IMG/VR virus record: IMGVR_UViG_3300048592_000962
Span: 32,001-96,000 of that record
Direction: 5' to 3' (one strand)
Source of the DNA: a virus
Length of the DNA stretch: 64,000 nucleotides
In this document: positions 1 through 9,015 of the stretch, one piece after another
How positions within the stretch are numbered: the stretch's first letter is position 1
How the letters are laid out: every line of letters starts with the position of its first letter
Position numbers and translations under genes: made by a program
Notes under the pieces: model-generated
The model's input: the letters and a program-made list of their open reading frames with translations, nothing else
What the model was told of the DNA's origin: nothing
The model's database searches: none

Positions 1-423
1 GCGGATTGCCTTCTGCACCCTCTGCACCTGGAGATTGCCACCCTCGTGCGTCGTCGCGACCTTGAAGTGGGCCCGCGGCAACAAGGCACGAAGGCGCTCG
101 ACCTCTCGCTCAGCCTCTTCGAGTGCGAGTACCGCATCGTTCAGGTGAGTGCCGTTGATTGCGTCCAAGTCGTCGGGATTGATGGTTTTCGCGGCCGACA
201 CGACCGCATCGCGTGCCACAAGGGCGGCTCGCATGGCGAGCTGAAACGGCGTGGTCGGCCGCTCACGCGGCTCGATCAGCTCGTCGTCGTCATCGACTAC
301 TTCGGACGCCGGCCGGATCGTCCAATCTGCGACGGGCTCGCGCATCGGCGCCGACGGAACCAGAGGGCGGGTTCCTGCCGACCTGCCGACCGGCTTCTTC
401 CGCTTCTTCTGCTGTCGCTTCAC
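1..423 (-). CDS. hypothetical protein, truncated by window edge (MKRQQKKRKK...)
   Basis: GTG at 423 overlaps the stop of the upstream gene (GTGA). Frame is open to position 1. Confidence 0.65.
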   Translation of the reverse strand, partial: MKRQQKKRKKPVGRSAGTRPLVPSAPMREPVADWTIRPASEVVDDDDELIEPRERPTTPFQLAMRAALVARDAVVSAAKTINPDDLDAINGTHLNDAVLALEEAEREVERLRALLPRAHFKVATTHEGGNLQVQRVQKAIR

Positions 424-611
424 CACCCAAGCCTTGCCTTTCTCGCGGCCCACTTCGCTTCAATGTACGCCGCACCCGCGAGGCTCGCCGTGAAGTAGTA
501 CCACGAATCGTCTCCGCCCCATTTGCGCGATGCAAAGTACAGAACGCTGACGAACACCACATCGTAGATTGTCAGCAGAATGATTGCCCATGCCCTGTCT
601 GACTTGCGCAT
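420..611 (-). CDS. small two-TM membrane protein
   Basis: 63 aa with two hydrophobic segments, coupled to its neighbours. Confidence 0.65.
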   Translation of the reverse strand: MRKSDRAWAIILLTIYDVVFVSVLYFASRKWGGDDSWYYFTASLAGAAYIEAKWAARKARLGW

Positions 612-612
612 T

Positions 613-1074
613 TTACTCCAGCAGAGGTTCGAGCCGGTTCATGGTCGCAGCGGCAAGCGCCGTCGCGGCCCATCGCCAGCGCCGCATGTCCGCGCAGTCG
701 AGACAGTTCGACCGGTATTCGATCCAGTGTTCCCAGCTCGAAAACGGGACACCGCCGAAGGTCACGTCTTCGATGCGAAGGCGCTTGCCAAGGATGGCAG
801 ACACGAGTCCGGCGGCGTGTTCCTGAATCCACGCTTCGTCGAAGTCGACGACACGCGGCACGTCGTCGTCGCAGAAGGAGCCGAGGCCGAACTCTGGCAG
901 ATCGAGCTGCTCAGGCCTGGCGACGAGAGCATGAGAGATCTCGTGCAGCACGTCATGGTCGCTCATGCCGCCACAGTAGACGGTATGACCGTCGTAGTAC
1001 GACGTCGTGCGCCATTCTTTTGATAGCTTGACGCCAGCGATTGACGCGAGAGGACGGAACTGCCGGATATTCAT
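613..1074 (-). CDS. HExxH protein, EpmC(YfcM)-like motif
   Basis: LHEISHALVA..LPEFGL resembles the EpmC LHEISHWCIA..LxDFGY motif. ATGA coupling at 1071-1074. Confidence 0.55.
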   Translation of the reverse strand: MNIRQFRPLASIAGVKLSKEWRTTSYYDGHTVYCGGMSDHDVLHEISHALVARPEQLDLPEFGLGSFCDDDVPRVVDFDEAWIQEHAAGLVSAILGKRLRIEDVTFGGVPFSSWEHWIEYRSNCLDCADMRRWRWAATALAAATMNRLEPLLE

Positions 1075-1415
1075 CGTCGGTTTTCGCCAAGACACAAGCC
1101 GCGAGCCACGCTCCGCCTGGCGCCGCCGAGCAACATCGCTTCGGGAAGCATGGCGCGTCTTTCCGCCAGGACCTTTGTTCGCGTTTGCGAGTGGCACGCG
1201 ACGAGAGTTCGATCGTGCAGAATCTCTGCGAATCGAAACATGTACCCAGCCAGGCGACCGACACGATAGGCTTTCAGGCACTCGCGCCAGAAGTCGCGCT
1301 CTCGCATACGATGGCGCTCACCCCCGATGGACACGAAGAAGGCATCGTACCTGTGCTTGCCAAGGAACATGATGCCGCGGGTGTCCTCATCGAGAAACTC
1401 GTCGACGGTCATCAT
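1071..1415 (-). CDS. hypothetical protein
   Basis: ATGA overlaps at both ends. Confidence 0.7.
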   Translation of the reverse strand: MMTVDEFLDEDTRGIMFLGKHRYDAFFVSIGGERHRMRERDFWRECLKAYRVGRLAGYMFRFAEILHDRTLVACHSQTRTKVLAERRAMLPEAMLLGGARRSVARGLCLGENRR

Positions 1416-1729
1416 GGTGTCCATCCGTTCTCGCGCAGCACGTGCGCGGCGCGGTAGAGTTCGAGGGCGTACTCGGCGATACGCGCCTTCGACGCGTCGG
1501 TGGCGTTGGCGTCGTCGAGCGGCGCCTGGATGGCGATCACTCCGAGGATATTGGCGCACAGCAGGCCCCAGCGCAGGTCATCTGAAACGTGGCTCCAGCC
1601 CGGACCGAGCATGCTCTTCGCGCGAGCCAGCTCGCGCTCGACGATGATCTGAGCGTGCGGCTTGTCGCGGGTCTTCTTGGGCATCGGCATGTGACACACG
1701 TCGCAGTGAGCGGTGTTGGAGCGACTCAT
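1412..1729 (-). CDS. hypothetical protein, N-terminal CxxC
   Basis: MSRSNTAHCDVCH; ATGA coupling. Confidence 0.7.
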   Translation of the reverse strand: MSRSNTAHCDVCHMPMPKKTRDKPHAQIIVERELARAKSMLGPGWSHVSDDLRWGLLCANILGVIAIQAPLDDANATDASKARIAEYALELYRAAHVLRENGWTP

Positions 1730-1956
1730 TGCGCGGCCTGTTCGTCGACGAGCAATTCGAGTTCCGCGTATTCTTCCGAGGTGAGCGACTCGCCGTGTGC
1801 GCGGCGGACGCCACGGTCTGAGTACGAACCGCCACCAAGCCGTCGACAAGCGTCGTGGTCCTTGTCCGCGCACGCGAGGGCGGTGCTGATCGAGCGATGC
1901 CGGTGGCCGCAGCCTCGGCGCACGTCTCCGAAGGCTTCGTAGGTTGGTTTTCCCAT
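1726..1956 (-). CDS. hypothetical protein
   Basis: 76-aa ORF in the coupled train. Confidence 0.65.
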   Translation of the reverse strand: MGKPTYEAFGDVRRGCGHRHRSISTALACADKDHDACRRLGGGSYSDRGVRRAHGESLTSEEYAELELLVDEQAAQ

Positions 1957-1966
1957 GGTCTTCGTC

Positions 1967-2311
1967 CTATCGGGCTGCTGCGTCTTCGTTGGGGTGCGTC
2001 ACGTGACGCACAAAGCCGACCATGCACTCCAAGTCGATGGCTTTCGGGCTCCACTCTCCCGGTGCGTAGGCGATCACTTCGACTTCTTGCCGTCCGAGAC
2101 GTTGCAGTGCTTGGATCCGCAGGTATCCGCCGAGCAGATACGGAACGTACTGACCTTCGGTGTTTCGTTCGAGACGAACCATCAGCGGCGACATGAGCCC
2201 GTGCTGCTCGATGGACTGCGCGAGGGCGGTCACCTCTTCGTTGGGGTGCGTCCGAAGAACGTGCTCCGGGTCGATGACGATCGAGTTGATCTTGAGGACG
2301 ACGCGGGTCAC
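1967..2311 (-). CDS. ParB/Srx N-terminal-like domain protein
   Basis: LAQSIEQHGLMSPLMVR...LLGGYLRIQALQRLG matches the ParB-N pattern, with GxxR degenerate. Confidence 0.75.
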   Translation of the reverse strand: MTRVVLKINSIVIDPEHVLRTHPNEEVTALAQSIEQHGLMSPLMVRLERNTEGQYVPYLLGGYLRIQALQRLGRQEVEVIAYAPGEWSPKAIDLECMVGFVRHVTHPNEDAAAR

Positions 2312-2922
2312 AGGTCCGCTCCCTCACACAGCGTCCAGCGCCGGTCTTCGTGGTAGGGCACCAGGCCGTCCGGCGTCAGGTAGGCGCGCGTGAGGCTGGA
2401 GTGCCCGGTGGAGGCCCACACGAGCCCGCTGGGGGCCGGCGTGTTGTCGTCCCAGACCCAGGGAGCGCCAGCTACGTACCCACGGCGGCGAAGCGACGTG
2501 GTGGGGCTTTGGCTTTCGAGGGAGCCGAGGAAGGATTGAACGAGCCTCTGATCGGTCGAGTCGGACCAGCGAGCCCGCCGTGAGCCCTCGGGACACGGAT
2601 TGCTGCCGTCGCCTCGCGACGGGACCAGAAAGAAACACCGATTCGTGGGCTCGTGGTAGACGCCGGACGGGCAGACTTCCATCGTGCCGGTGTCGGCCAT
2701 CACGTCGGGTCCCGAGTCCTCGGGAGTGAAGGCGTCGGTGCCACCGTCTTCGATTCCGGCGTCGTCGAGCACGGTCGCATCGTCCATCACGAAGGCGTCG
2801 AGGTCGATGGCGGCATCCCCCTCGGGCGCGCCGGCATCGTGATCGACCATCGGGTCGGAGCCGGAACAAGCGACGAGTAGCAGAAGCGAAAGCATGCGGG
2901 TCATGACGGTTCTCCAGTTCAC
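2308..2922 (-). CDS. lipoprotein with Asp/Ala/Gly-rich linker and C-type-lectin-like C-terminus
   Basis: Lipobox LLVA-C, repeated DAG/DAA/DSG linker, then C..(NRCF)..C..WVWDD..W..C. Confidence 0.65.
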   Translation of the reverse strand: MNWRTVMTRMLSLLLLVACSGSDPMVDHDAGAPEGDAAIDLDAFVMDDATVLDDAGIEDGGTDAFTPEDSGPDVMADTGTMEVCPSGVYHEPTNRCFFLVPSRGDGSNPCPEGSRRARWSDSTDQRLVQSFLGSLESQSPTTSLRRRGYVAGAPWVWDDNTPAPSGLVWASTGHSSLTRAYLTPDGLVPYHEDRRWTLCEGADL

Positions 2923-3104
2923 GGTTTCTTGCTCACGAAAACCATTCGATTGATCCTACGCTTCGCCATCGCGATCAGCCGACGCGGCTTTCGCTTCGAC
3001 CATTTCGTTTTGGGCTTCGCGGGCAGAATGTCGTAATAATGTTCATGTTCGACGGTGATGACCGCGACTATCTTAGGTCTCGACGGCGGAGCGGCGTCGT
3101 TCAT
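2919..3104 (-). CDS. small basic hypothetical protein
   Basis: Coupled ORF, 61 aa. Confidence 0.55.
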   Translation of the reverse strand: MNDAAPPSRPKIVAVITVEHEHYYDILPAKPKTKWSKRKPRRLIAMAKRRINRMVFVSKKP

Positions 3105-3655
3105 CGGAAAGCCCTTTCGATCGTGTCGAGCACATCGTAGTGAAGGTCGCCGACCGTGGCACCAGTCGCCTCGAACAGAAGGTTCGACGCACACCTCTCA
3201 CGCACGACATCGAGCATCCGAGCCGCGACATCGTCCATACTGTCGGGGGTGGGCGTTTCCACGATCGCTTCCCACGACTCTCGAATGTCTTTCGTCATCG
3301 CGGGCTCGACGCCGCCGCGCCTTCGGTATTCGAGATAGCCCGCGAGACGATCCACGCCGTCGGTGAAGCGGCCGGTGAAGTGCCGGTCGAAGATGCTGTA
3401 GATCGCGGACGACAGTGCCGCCTCGGGGTCCATCTCGTGCGCTCGACGCCAGGGCGCGGGAAGGTGCCGGAGAGCCTCGGCGGCACTCTTGCACCAGGGG
3501 CCCCGCAGCGTGTCGTTCCGGCCGGTGGCCCACTGCTCGGCGCTGTAGAGAAAGGGGGCTTCCGCTCCCGTTCGGACCAGCCGCACGTGCGGGGCCACGT
3601 TCGCGAAGACCTCCCCCGTCCAAGGGTTGCGCTCCCACTTGTAGCTGGCCATCAC
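3101..3655 (-). CDS. hypothetical protein
   Basis: 184 aa, coupled. Confidence 0.7.
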   Translation of the reverse strand: MMASYKWERNPWTGEVFANVAPHVRLVRTGAEAPFLYSAEQWATGRNDTLRGPWCKSAAEALRHLPAPWRRAHEMDPEAALSSAIYSIFDRHFTGRFTDGVDRLAGYLEYRRRGGVEPAMTKDIRESWEAIVETPTPDSMDDVAARMLDVVRERCASNLLFEATGATVGDLHYDVLDTIERAFR

Positions 3656-4116
3656 GAGTCCTCATCGGGAACGAAGAAACCTCGGTCGAAGATCTCTCCG
3701 ATTTGATACGGGTCGCTCACCACCTTCCGGACCTTGACCTTGGGCCGCTTCGCCGCCGTGTGACCGCTGACCACGACGGCAGACGGTGCCCACCCGACGC
3801 GCACGAACGACTCCGCCTCCTGGCGGGACGGGAGGCTACGCTGCCACCCTCGTGCGAGCCTGTACTGGTCCGCCGTCGTGCCCTTGGTGCACAGGTGCTC
3901 GATGAGCGCTTCGGCCGTCGGGAACACCGGCGTGATCGGACTCCCGTCCGTAACCGTTTCCCAGACCTGCCAACCCTCGCCAGCGGGCGGCTCGATGCGC
4001 TCGCACTGAGGGCAGTTGCAGCAGTAGTTCGCGCATGCGCGCAAGTAGCCTTCCCAGGTCTTTTCGAGCGGCCAATCGAAATCGAGAGCCACCCGCTTGA
4101 TCTGGCTGCCCATCAC
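3652..4116 (-). CDS. phage-type hypothetical protein with Cys cluster
   Basis: LDFDWPLEKTWEGY..CxxC..PPAGEGWQVWETVTDGSPITPVF, a motif I associate with phage hypotheticals. Confidence 0.75.
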   Translation of the reverse strand: MMGSQIKRVALDFDWPLEKTWEGYLRACANYCCNCPQCERIEPPAGEGWQVWETVTDGSPITPVFPTAEALIEHLCTKGTTADQYRLARGWQRSLPSRQEAESFVRVGWAPSAVVVSGHTAAKRPKVKVRKVVSDPYQIGEIFDRGFFVPDEDS

Positions 4117-4310
4117 TCCACCTCGCTTCGGTCGGTCGCGGAAACGATGACCGTGGTCAACTCATCGTCGCTCAGCTCGCCGTCGTTCGCGAAGGCCTGC
4201 TCGGTCTCCCAGCCGAACGCGGTCTGATTCATTCGTTCCCGAAGCTGCGCGTACGCCTCCACGGCGGTCGGCGCCTCGACGTCGATGCTTACGATGAATC
4301 GGAACGTCAC
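4113..4310 (-). CDS. hypothetical protein
   Basis: 65 aa, coupled. Confidence 0.65.
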   Translation of the reverse strand: MTFRFIVSIDVEAPTAVEAYAQLRERMNQTAFGWETEQAFANDGELSDDELTTVIVSATDRSEVE

Positions 4311-4822
4311 GATGCGCCTCCCTCTTCTTCCGCTTCGTCGTCCGCGCCGAGCATGACGTGTACGTCTCGCACATCCTCACGGGTCACGAGGCCCCGGTCG
4401 AGCAGCGCCGCGAGGAGCTTGCTACAGCTGTAGTCGAGCGACTGGACGAACGCGAGGTTGCTTTCGTCGAGGACCAAGGCCTCGAACAGCGGCCGCCACG
4501 CCATGAAGTTGTCCTCGCCCTTGCCCTGCGGGAAGGTACGTTGAATGACGCCGTGTTCGTCCACGAACACCGTCACGGACTCGTAAGACGGCGAACAGTA
4601 GATCTTCACCTCCCAGCACGTGGCCGCGACGGTCCCGTCGAACGCGGGCGCCTTCGTGGGCGGCGAGATGCGCAACTGGAACCGTGCGGGTTCGATGATT
4701 TGCGCGTGCGTCCACTGGCGCGATCGCCGGTCGGGGGCGGGGCCGTGCAGCGGAACGGGGAGATGCGCGTACAGCAGCGAAAACTCTTCGCAGGCGAGGA
4801 TGGCTTTGACCAAGGGGTTCAT
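4307..4822 (-). CDS. hypothetical protein
   Basis: GGAG RBS before ATG 4822 (alternative start 4888). Confidence 0.7.
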   Translation of the reverse strand: MNPLVKAILACEEFSLLYAHLPVPLHGPAPDRRSRQWTHAQIIEPARFQLRISPPTKAPAFDGTVAATCWEVKIYCSPSYESVTVFVDEHGVIQRTFPQGKGEDNFMAWRPLFEALVLDESNLAFVQSLDYSCSKLLAALLDRGLVTREDVRDVHVMLGADDEAEEEGGAS

Positions 4823-4867
4823 GTCGTCTCCGGTGGGTGTGTGTGCCCGCTCTTCGGGTTGCGTGAC

Positions 4868-4888
4868 GTGCGTCGAACGTTCTGTCAA
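4868..4888 (-). promoter_or_regulatory. TTGACA -35 box abutting an operator-like motif copy (GAACGTTCGACGCAC)
   Basis: Motif shared with 6851, 10869 and 61744. No good -10 seen. Confidence 0.5.
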
Positions 4889-5208
4889 GTAGAAAGCTTG
4901 CGGCGACAGGCGCCGAGGCTGGTCGCGAGGGACTCGTCGTGTCCGGCTCGGATCGCACCGTTGACGAAACGAGTCATCATCTCGACCGAGCTTCGGACCG
5001 TCTCGCCCGAGACGTAGTGCAGCGTGAGGCGAGCCGACTGCGTCTCCCTGAGCCAGTCTCCGACGGGCAGGAATCGCCGGTCGTCGTCGACGGGCACCTG
5101 CTGCCCCACGAAGAGCGCACAGGTGCGCTCGATGACGTGCGAGCGCCAGTGCGTGGAGGTCATGGTGTCGCGCGTGGCGGTGTCACTGTGATGGGGCGGG
5201 ATGTTCAC
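4885..5208 (-). CDS. hypothetical protein
   Basis: 107 aa, coupled. Confidence 0.6.
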   Translation of the reverse strand: MNIPPHHSDTATRDTMTSTHWRSHVIERTCALFVGQQVPVDDDRRFLPVGDWLRETQSARLTLHYVSGETVRSSVEMMTRFVNGAIRAGHDESLATSLGACRRKLST

Positions 5209-5522
5209 GATACCCCCCAGAGGGCGAGCATTTCGCGCGCGTCTCGCTTGGCCTCGCGAACAGCTTCGAGTGCGTCTCGCAGCCGTTGAGCTACGCGGGT
5301 CGATCGGTAGTCGTTCACGGTCGCTCGCGGGCTGCCGGCGCGGCCGTAGCGGTGTTCACGCTGGGCTCGCGCCAGGTCTTTGGCGTCGTCCGCCCGCGCC
5401 CGAGCGAGCGCCTGTTCGCACGCCATGATTCGGCACCGGGCGTCCGTGCAGAGGCGCCGGAGGTTGGAGGGTCGCTCTGCATCCGTCTCGACGGAGAGCA
5501 GGTTGTCAATGGTGCTTGCCAT
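5205..5522 (-). CDS. hypothetical helical protein
   Basis: AGGAG RBS before ATG 5522. Confidence 0.7.
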   Translation of the reverse strand: MASTIDNLLSVETDAERPSNLRRLCTDARCRIMACEQALARARADDAKDLARAQREHRYGRAGSPRATVNDYRSTRVAQRLRDALEAVREAKRDAREMLALWGVS

Positions 5523-5550
5523 GATCAACTCCTGCGCGGACAGTCCGCGC

Positions 5551-5612
5551 TCGCGAGGCTCGACGTCGAGGTCGAGCGCCGCGAGCGAGGGGCGGGCCCC
5601 GGAGAGCCCGCC
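5551..5612. repeat. intergenic structured repeat, copy 1
   Basis: About 50 bp near-identical to 7779-7828, followed by a GC hairpin. Confidence 0.85.
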
Positions 5613-5618
5613 AGTCGC

Positions 5619-6791
5619 TCAGGCCGCGCGGCGGACGGTGCGATCGAGGTAGCGGCCGGCGGCCTCTTCCATCTCGACGCGGCGGTCCGTCCCGCGCGTC
5701 TGGGCCACGTGCGTGATCGCGTTGGCCACGTCGTAGGCCGTCAGGTCCCGGACCTCGGCGAAGGCGTCGCCCCAGTCCTTCGTGGAGGCCGGGAGCGCCA
5801 TCGAGCGCTCGGCCATCGCGTCGCGTGCGACGTCCTGCGACTCCGTCGGGGTGAAGCCGAAGGCGCTGAGGTCGAACTCGGCGAGCGCGTCGTCGATCAG
5901 AACCTCCGTCGCCTTCTGCATGAGGTCGCGGAGCCGCTGGCCGCCCGCGATCGCCACAGGCAGAGCGTCGGCGAACGCCTGGTGCAGCCGCTCGGGGTCG
6001 CCGACGTGGTAGAAGCGCGAAACGTCTTGCGTCGACGCGGAGCGCATGCCGTTGAGGCACACGAGACGCCAGGTCAGTGGGTTGACCGAGAGCGAGCGAT
6101 TGCCCACCTCTCCGTTGAGGATGTCGAGCCCGACCTCGACGACGTCTCCGACCTTGCGCGAGTGCTGGATCACCGCGTCGTGCTCGGGGAACGTGAGGCG
6201 AAGGCTCGCCGTGCTGCCCACCGCGAGCGAGCGCACGCGCACCGATCCGAGCTGTCCCGACTCGCGCAGCACGTGACGCACGGTGTCGAGCACGCGTTCG
6301 CCGTCGAGCGGCGCGTAGCGATCGGAGAGGAGCGCACGGGCCTCGCCGCCGACTCCACGCAAGAGCGCGCTCCGATCTTTCCCCTGGAGCTTCCTGAGGT
6401 GGCGATTCACGAGCGAGAGCTGGTACCGAGCCTCCAAGCCCATCAAGTAACTCGGCGGCGCTCCGATCAGTCCGCAGAGTTGCGCGAATGCGCGGCGCCG
6501 AAGCGGCACGATGTATTGCGGTCGACCAGGCGCGGGGATCGGCGCGAGCGCCGCTGCCTGGCCCACCGGGCCGAGCGACCACGAGCTGAGGTCTCCGACC
6601 TGGAGATCCTCAACCTGGCCGTCCTTCGCCCGCTCCGCGTGCCAATCCTCGCACGCGTGGTCGAAGGGAACCCCCGCGTTCCCGTAGTTGATCCAGCGCT
6701 CGGGCTGGTCGGACGCGAGCGTCAGCGGCAGGTCGAGATCCGTCTTGGGGGCGGACGGGGCATCGATCACGGACATGGCGGCGGTGGTCAT
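5619..6791 (-). CDS. DUF932-family phage/plasmid protein
   Basis: RALLSDRYAPLD...GDVVEVGLDILNGEVG...RLVCLNGM signature. Confidence 0.85.
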   Translation of the reverse strand: MTTAAMSVIDAPSAPKTDLDLPLTLASDQPERWINYGNAGVPFDHACEDWHAERAKDGQVEDLQVGDLSSWSLGPVGQAAALAPIPAPGRPQYIVPLRRRAFAQLCGLIGAPPSYLMGLEARYQLSLVNRHLRKLQGKDRSALLRGVGGEARALLSDRYAPLDGERVLDTVRHVLRESGQLGSVRVRSLAVGSTASLRLTFPEHDAVIQHSRKVGDVVEVGLDILNGEVGNRSLSVNPLTWRLVCLNGMRSASTQDVSRFYHVGDPERLHQAFADALPVAIAGGQRLRDLMQKATEVLIDDALAEFDLSAFGFTPTESQDVARDAMAERSMALPASTKDWGDAFAEVRDLTAYDVANAITHVAQTRGTDRRVEMEEAAGRYLDRTVRRAA

Positions 6792-6844
6792 GGGCTACTG
6801 TCTCCGATGGATGTGACGGGTTGTGTTCCCGCTCAGGTGTTTAG

Positions 6845-6873
6845 ACGTTAGTACGTTCGACGGACCCCGTCAA
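6845..6873 (-). promoter_or_regulatory. sigma70-type promoter TTGACG-N17-TAACGT whose spacer is the operator-like motif
   Basis: Read directly, upstream of the DUF932 gene. Confidence 0.75.
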
Positions 6874-6892
6874 GCGACGGTGATCAAAAAAA

Positions 6893-7201
6893 TCAGTGAG
6901 AGCGACGCAGGGGCATCGCCGAGCAGATCGAGACGATGGCACCGGAGCGCGTGTCGGCGCCCGTCCAGAGCACGACGTCGACGGTGGCGCGCTGCTCTTC
7001 GCCGTTCGCCTTGACGACGATCACCTCGTCGCCGCTCATCGCGCGCCCGTGGACGTGGAGGCCCCACGCTCCGCTCCGAAGCTTCTTCCAGCGGGCGCGC
7101 AGCTCGGGGGCCGCGGGCGCCTCGGGCGCCATCGTGAGGGCGGGCACGTCGGCCAGCACGTCGTCGGGGAGGGTGTCGAAGGTTCCGGTCCGGAAGGTCA
7201 T
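6893..7201 (-). CDS. hypothetical protein (WKKLRSGAWG beta-rich domain)
   Basis: AAAGGA RBS before ATG 7201. Confidence 0.7.
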   Translation of the reverse strand: MTFRTGTFDTLPDDVLADVPALTMAPEAPAAPELRARWKKLRSGAWGLHVHGRAMSGDEVIVVKANGEEQRATVDVVLWTGADTRSGAIVSICSAMPLRRSH

Positions 7202-7214
7202 GGGGCTGTCCTTT

Positions 7215-7439
7215 CTAGGCTGTCCACCGGTCAACGACCGGGTACTCACTGAGATTGATTGCGGGTTGTTCCCGCGCGAGGTAGCCGAGGGCAGCACAGG
7301 CGGTGTCGTGACTGATATCGCGGTCGAGAAGTCGTTCGGTGATTGAACCGTCGACTTCCACCGTGAAAGCCACGAGCACCCCCTGACAGCCGCACGCGCA
7401 CAGGGGGAGAGCGACTAGGTGTGTGATGGGGTGTTCCAC
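7215..7439 (-). CDS. hypothetical protein (CACGC)
   Basis: 74-aa ORF with upstream GGAG. Confidence 0.5.
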   Translation of the reverse strand: MEHPITHLVALPLCACGCQGVLVAFTVEVDGSITERLLDRDISHDTACAALGYLAREQPAINLSEYPVVDRWTA

Positions 7440-7505
7440 GCGAAGGGATCTCCACCGGAGCGAAGAGCCCTTCGCGAAGGGCGAGCCGCGAGGGCTCGCC
7501 TCCGC

Positions 7506-7766
7506 TCACTGCACGCGAATCAGTGTGTAGTCGCCGCATTCGCCGCTGAGCCGGAACCGGACGGGGCAGCGCTCGTGAACGTCGAGGTCTTCCGCGCGGC
7601 GGTCTCCGGTGTAGTCCGCATAGGCGGACAGGTACGCGTTCCCCAGAGTGAGCCGTCCGAGCGTGCCCGAGGTCAGATAACCGCCGTCCGCACTACGCGG
7701 CACGTCGCCGTCCTTGGGGTCCCACAGAATGAACAGGGGTTCGGTGCTTTTCGTGGTGTCCGTCAT
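7506..7766 (-). CDS. hypothetical protein
   Basis: GGAGG RBS, 86 aa. Confidence 0.7.
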   Translation of the reverse strand: MTDTTKSTEPLFILWDPKDGDVPRSADGGYLTSGTLGRLTLGNAYLSAYADYTGDRRAEDLDVHERCPVRFRLSGECGDYTLIRVQ

Positions 7767-7778
7767 GTCATGCCTCCG

Positions 7779-7840
7779 TCGCGAGGCTCGACGTCGAGGT
7801 CGAGCGCCGCGAGCGAGGGGCGAGCCCCGCAGGGCTCGCC
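7779..7840. repeat. intergenic structured repeat, copy 2
   Basis: Matches 5551-5600; hairpin ggcgagccc-cgca-gggctcgcc. Confidence 0.85.
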
Positions 7841-7846
7841 TTCGCT

Positions 7847-8698
7847 TCAGCCTTCGCCGATGAACTCGGCGCAGCCGATCACGCGACCCGCCTCGTCGCG
7901 CAGTAGGGCGCCGGGCGAGACGACGTCAGGGCGGCCGGTGAGGGCGGCGCGCACGAGCCCCGAGACTACGAAGGTCACGCCCTCCTGCGCGTCGGGGAGG
8001 CCTTCGACCGCCCCGTGCGTGGTCGTCTTCACGGGCGCCCCGAGTACGGTCCTCTGGAGGTCGCGATGCGTGGTGGAGACCCGCGCGACGTGACCCGATG
8101 CGGGGAGCGTCCGCGTCACGCCATCGCGCGCCACGGTGATCTCGTGCGGGGTCAGGTTGATCACCGTCTGCTCGCCGGGCTCGGGAACGAGCGCGTGTTT
8201 GCACCAGAACTCCACCGACTCGGCGAAGCTCGCGGCGTCGTGCGACGGGTCTCCCGGCTCGCGCGGAGCCGCGTCGCCCCAGTATGCGGTAAACACCGTG
8301 GGGTGTCCCTCGTGAGGGCCGCACACGAGCGTGACGCGCCGCGTGAGCGCAGCCTCGCGACCGAGCACGAGGCGCGAGGCGACCGTGCGCGTGCCGCGTA
8401 CGCCGAGGTAGACCGGAGCCCCTTCGTGCTTGACGAGGTTGGTGCGTCCCATGGCGATGCGCCCCATGCTGGACCGGGCGCCGAACTGCACGACGTGAAC
8501 CCGAGAGGGATCGGCGTCCGGCGGAAGGGCCGAAAGGGCGAGCCGAACAAGCTCCGCGTCCTCGAAGAGCAGGCGGAGGCTGGGGTGGACGTGAGACTCC
8601 GGAGTGACCCGGAGCGCGAAGGGTGCGGTTGCAGCCATGTCCGTGAGACGCTTGCTGTTGTCGGCTTCTGACGGCGGGTCGTTGTTTTTCTGATTCAT
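7847..8698 (-). CDS. two-domain phage hypothetical protein
   Basis: TVFTAYWGDAAPREP domain followed by an INLTPHEI...GLPD...VVSGLV domain. Confidence 0.75.
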   Translation of the reverse strand: MNQKNNDPPSEADNSKRLTDMAATAPFALRVTPESHVHPSLRLLFEDAELVRLALSALPPDADPSRVHVVQFGARSSMGRIAMGRTNLVKHEGAPVYLGVRGTRTVASRLVLGREAALTRRVTLVCGPHEGHPTVFTAYWGDAAPREPGDPSHDAASFAESVEFWCKHALVPEPGEQTVINLTPHEITVARDGVTRTLPASGHVARVSTTHRDLQRTVLGAPVKTTTHGAVEGLPDAQEGVTFVVSGLVRAALTGRPDVVSPGALLRDEAGRVIGCAEFIGEG

Positions 8699-9015
8699 CG
8701 GTACACCGCAAGCAGCAGATACACGTATCCGCCGGCCTTGCGCGCGACGAGGTGCGCGCGATCGAGCGGGTACTGATAAACGACCTTCGCCTCGCCCTCG
8801 GGGAGGTCGTAGTACGCGGCCTCGACCCTACGCACCTGGTCGCGTACCTGGAACTCGCGCAGTAGCGCGAGGTCACCCGTCGCATGCATGCGGTCGTGCG
8901 GCAGGTCGAGCGATCCGTCTCGGTCGATGGCGCGGCCTCCCCACAGGGCTACGGCCCCCGCTTCGATGGCGGCGTCGGCGGCACCTTGCGGCGCGTACAT
9001 GGGGCGCGAGATCAC
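8695..9015 (-). CDS. hypothetical protein
   Basis: GTGA/ATGA coupling at both ends. Confidence 0.65.
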   Translation of the reverse strand: MISRPMYAPQGAADAAIEAGAVALWGGRAIDRDGSLDLPHDRMHATGDLALLREFQVRDQVRRVEAAYYDLPEGEAKVVYQYPLDRAHLVARKAGGYVYLLLAVYR

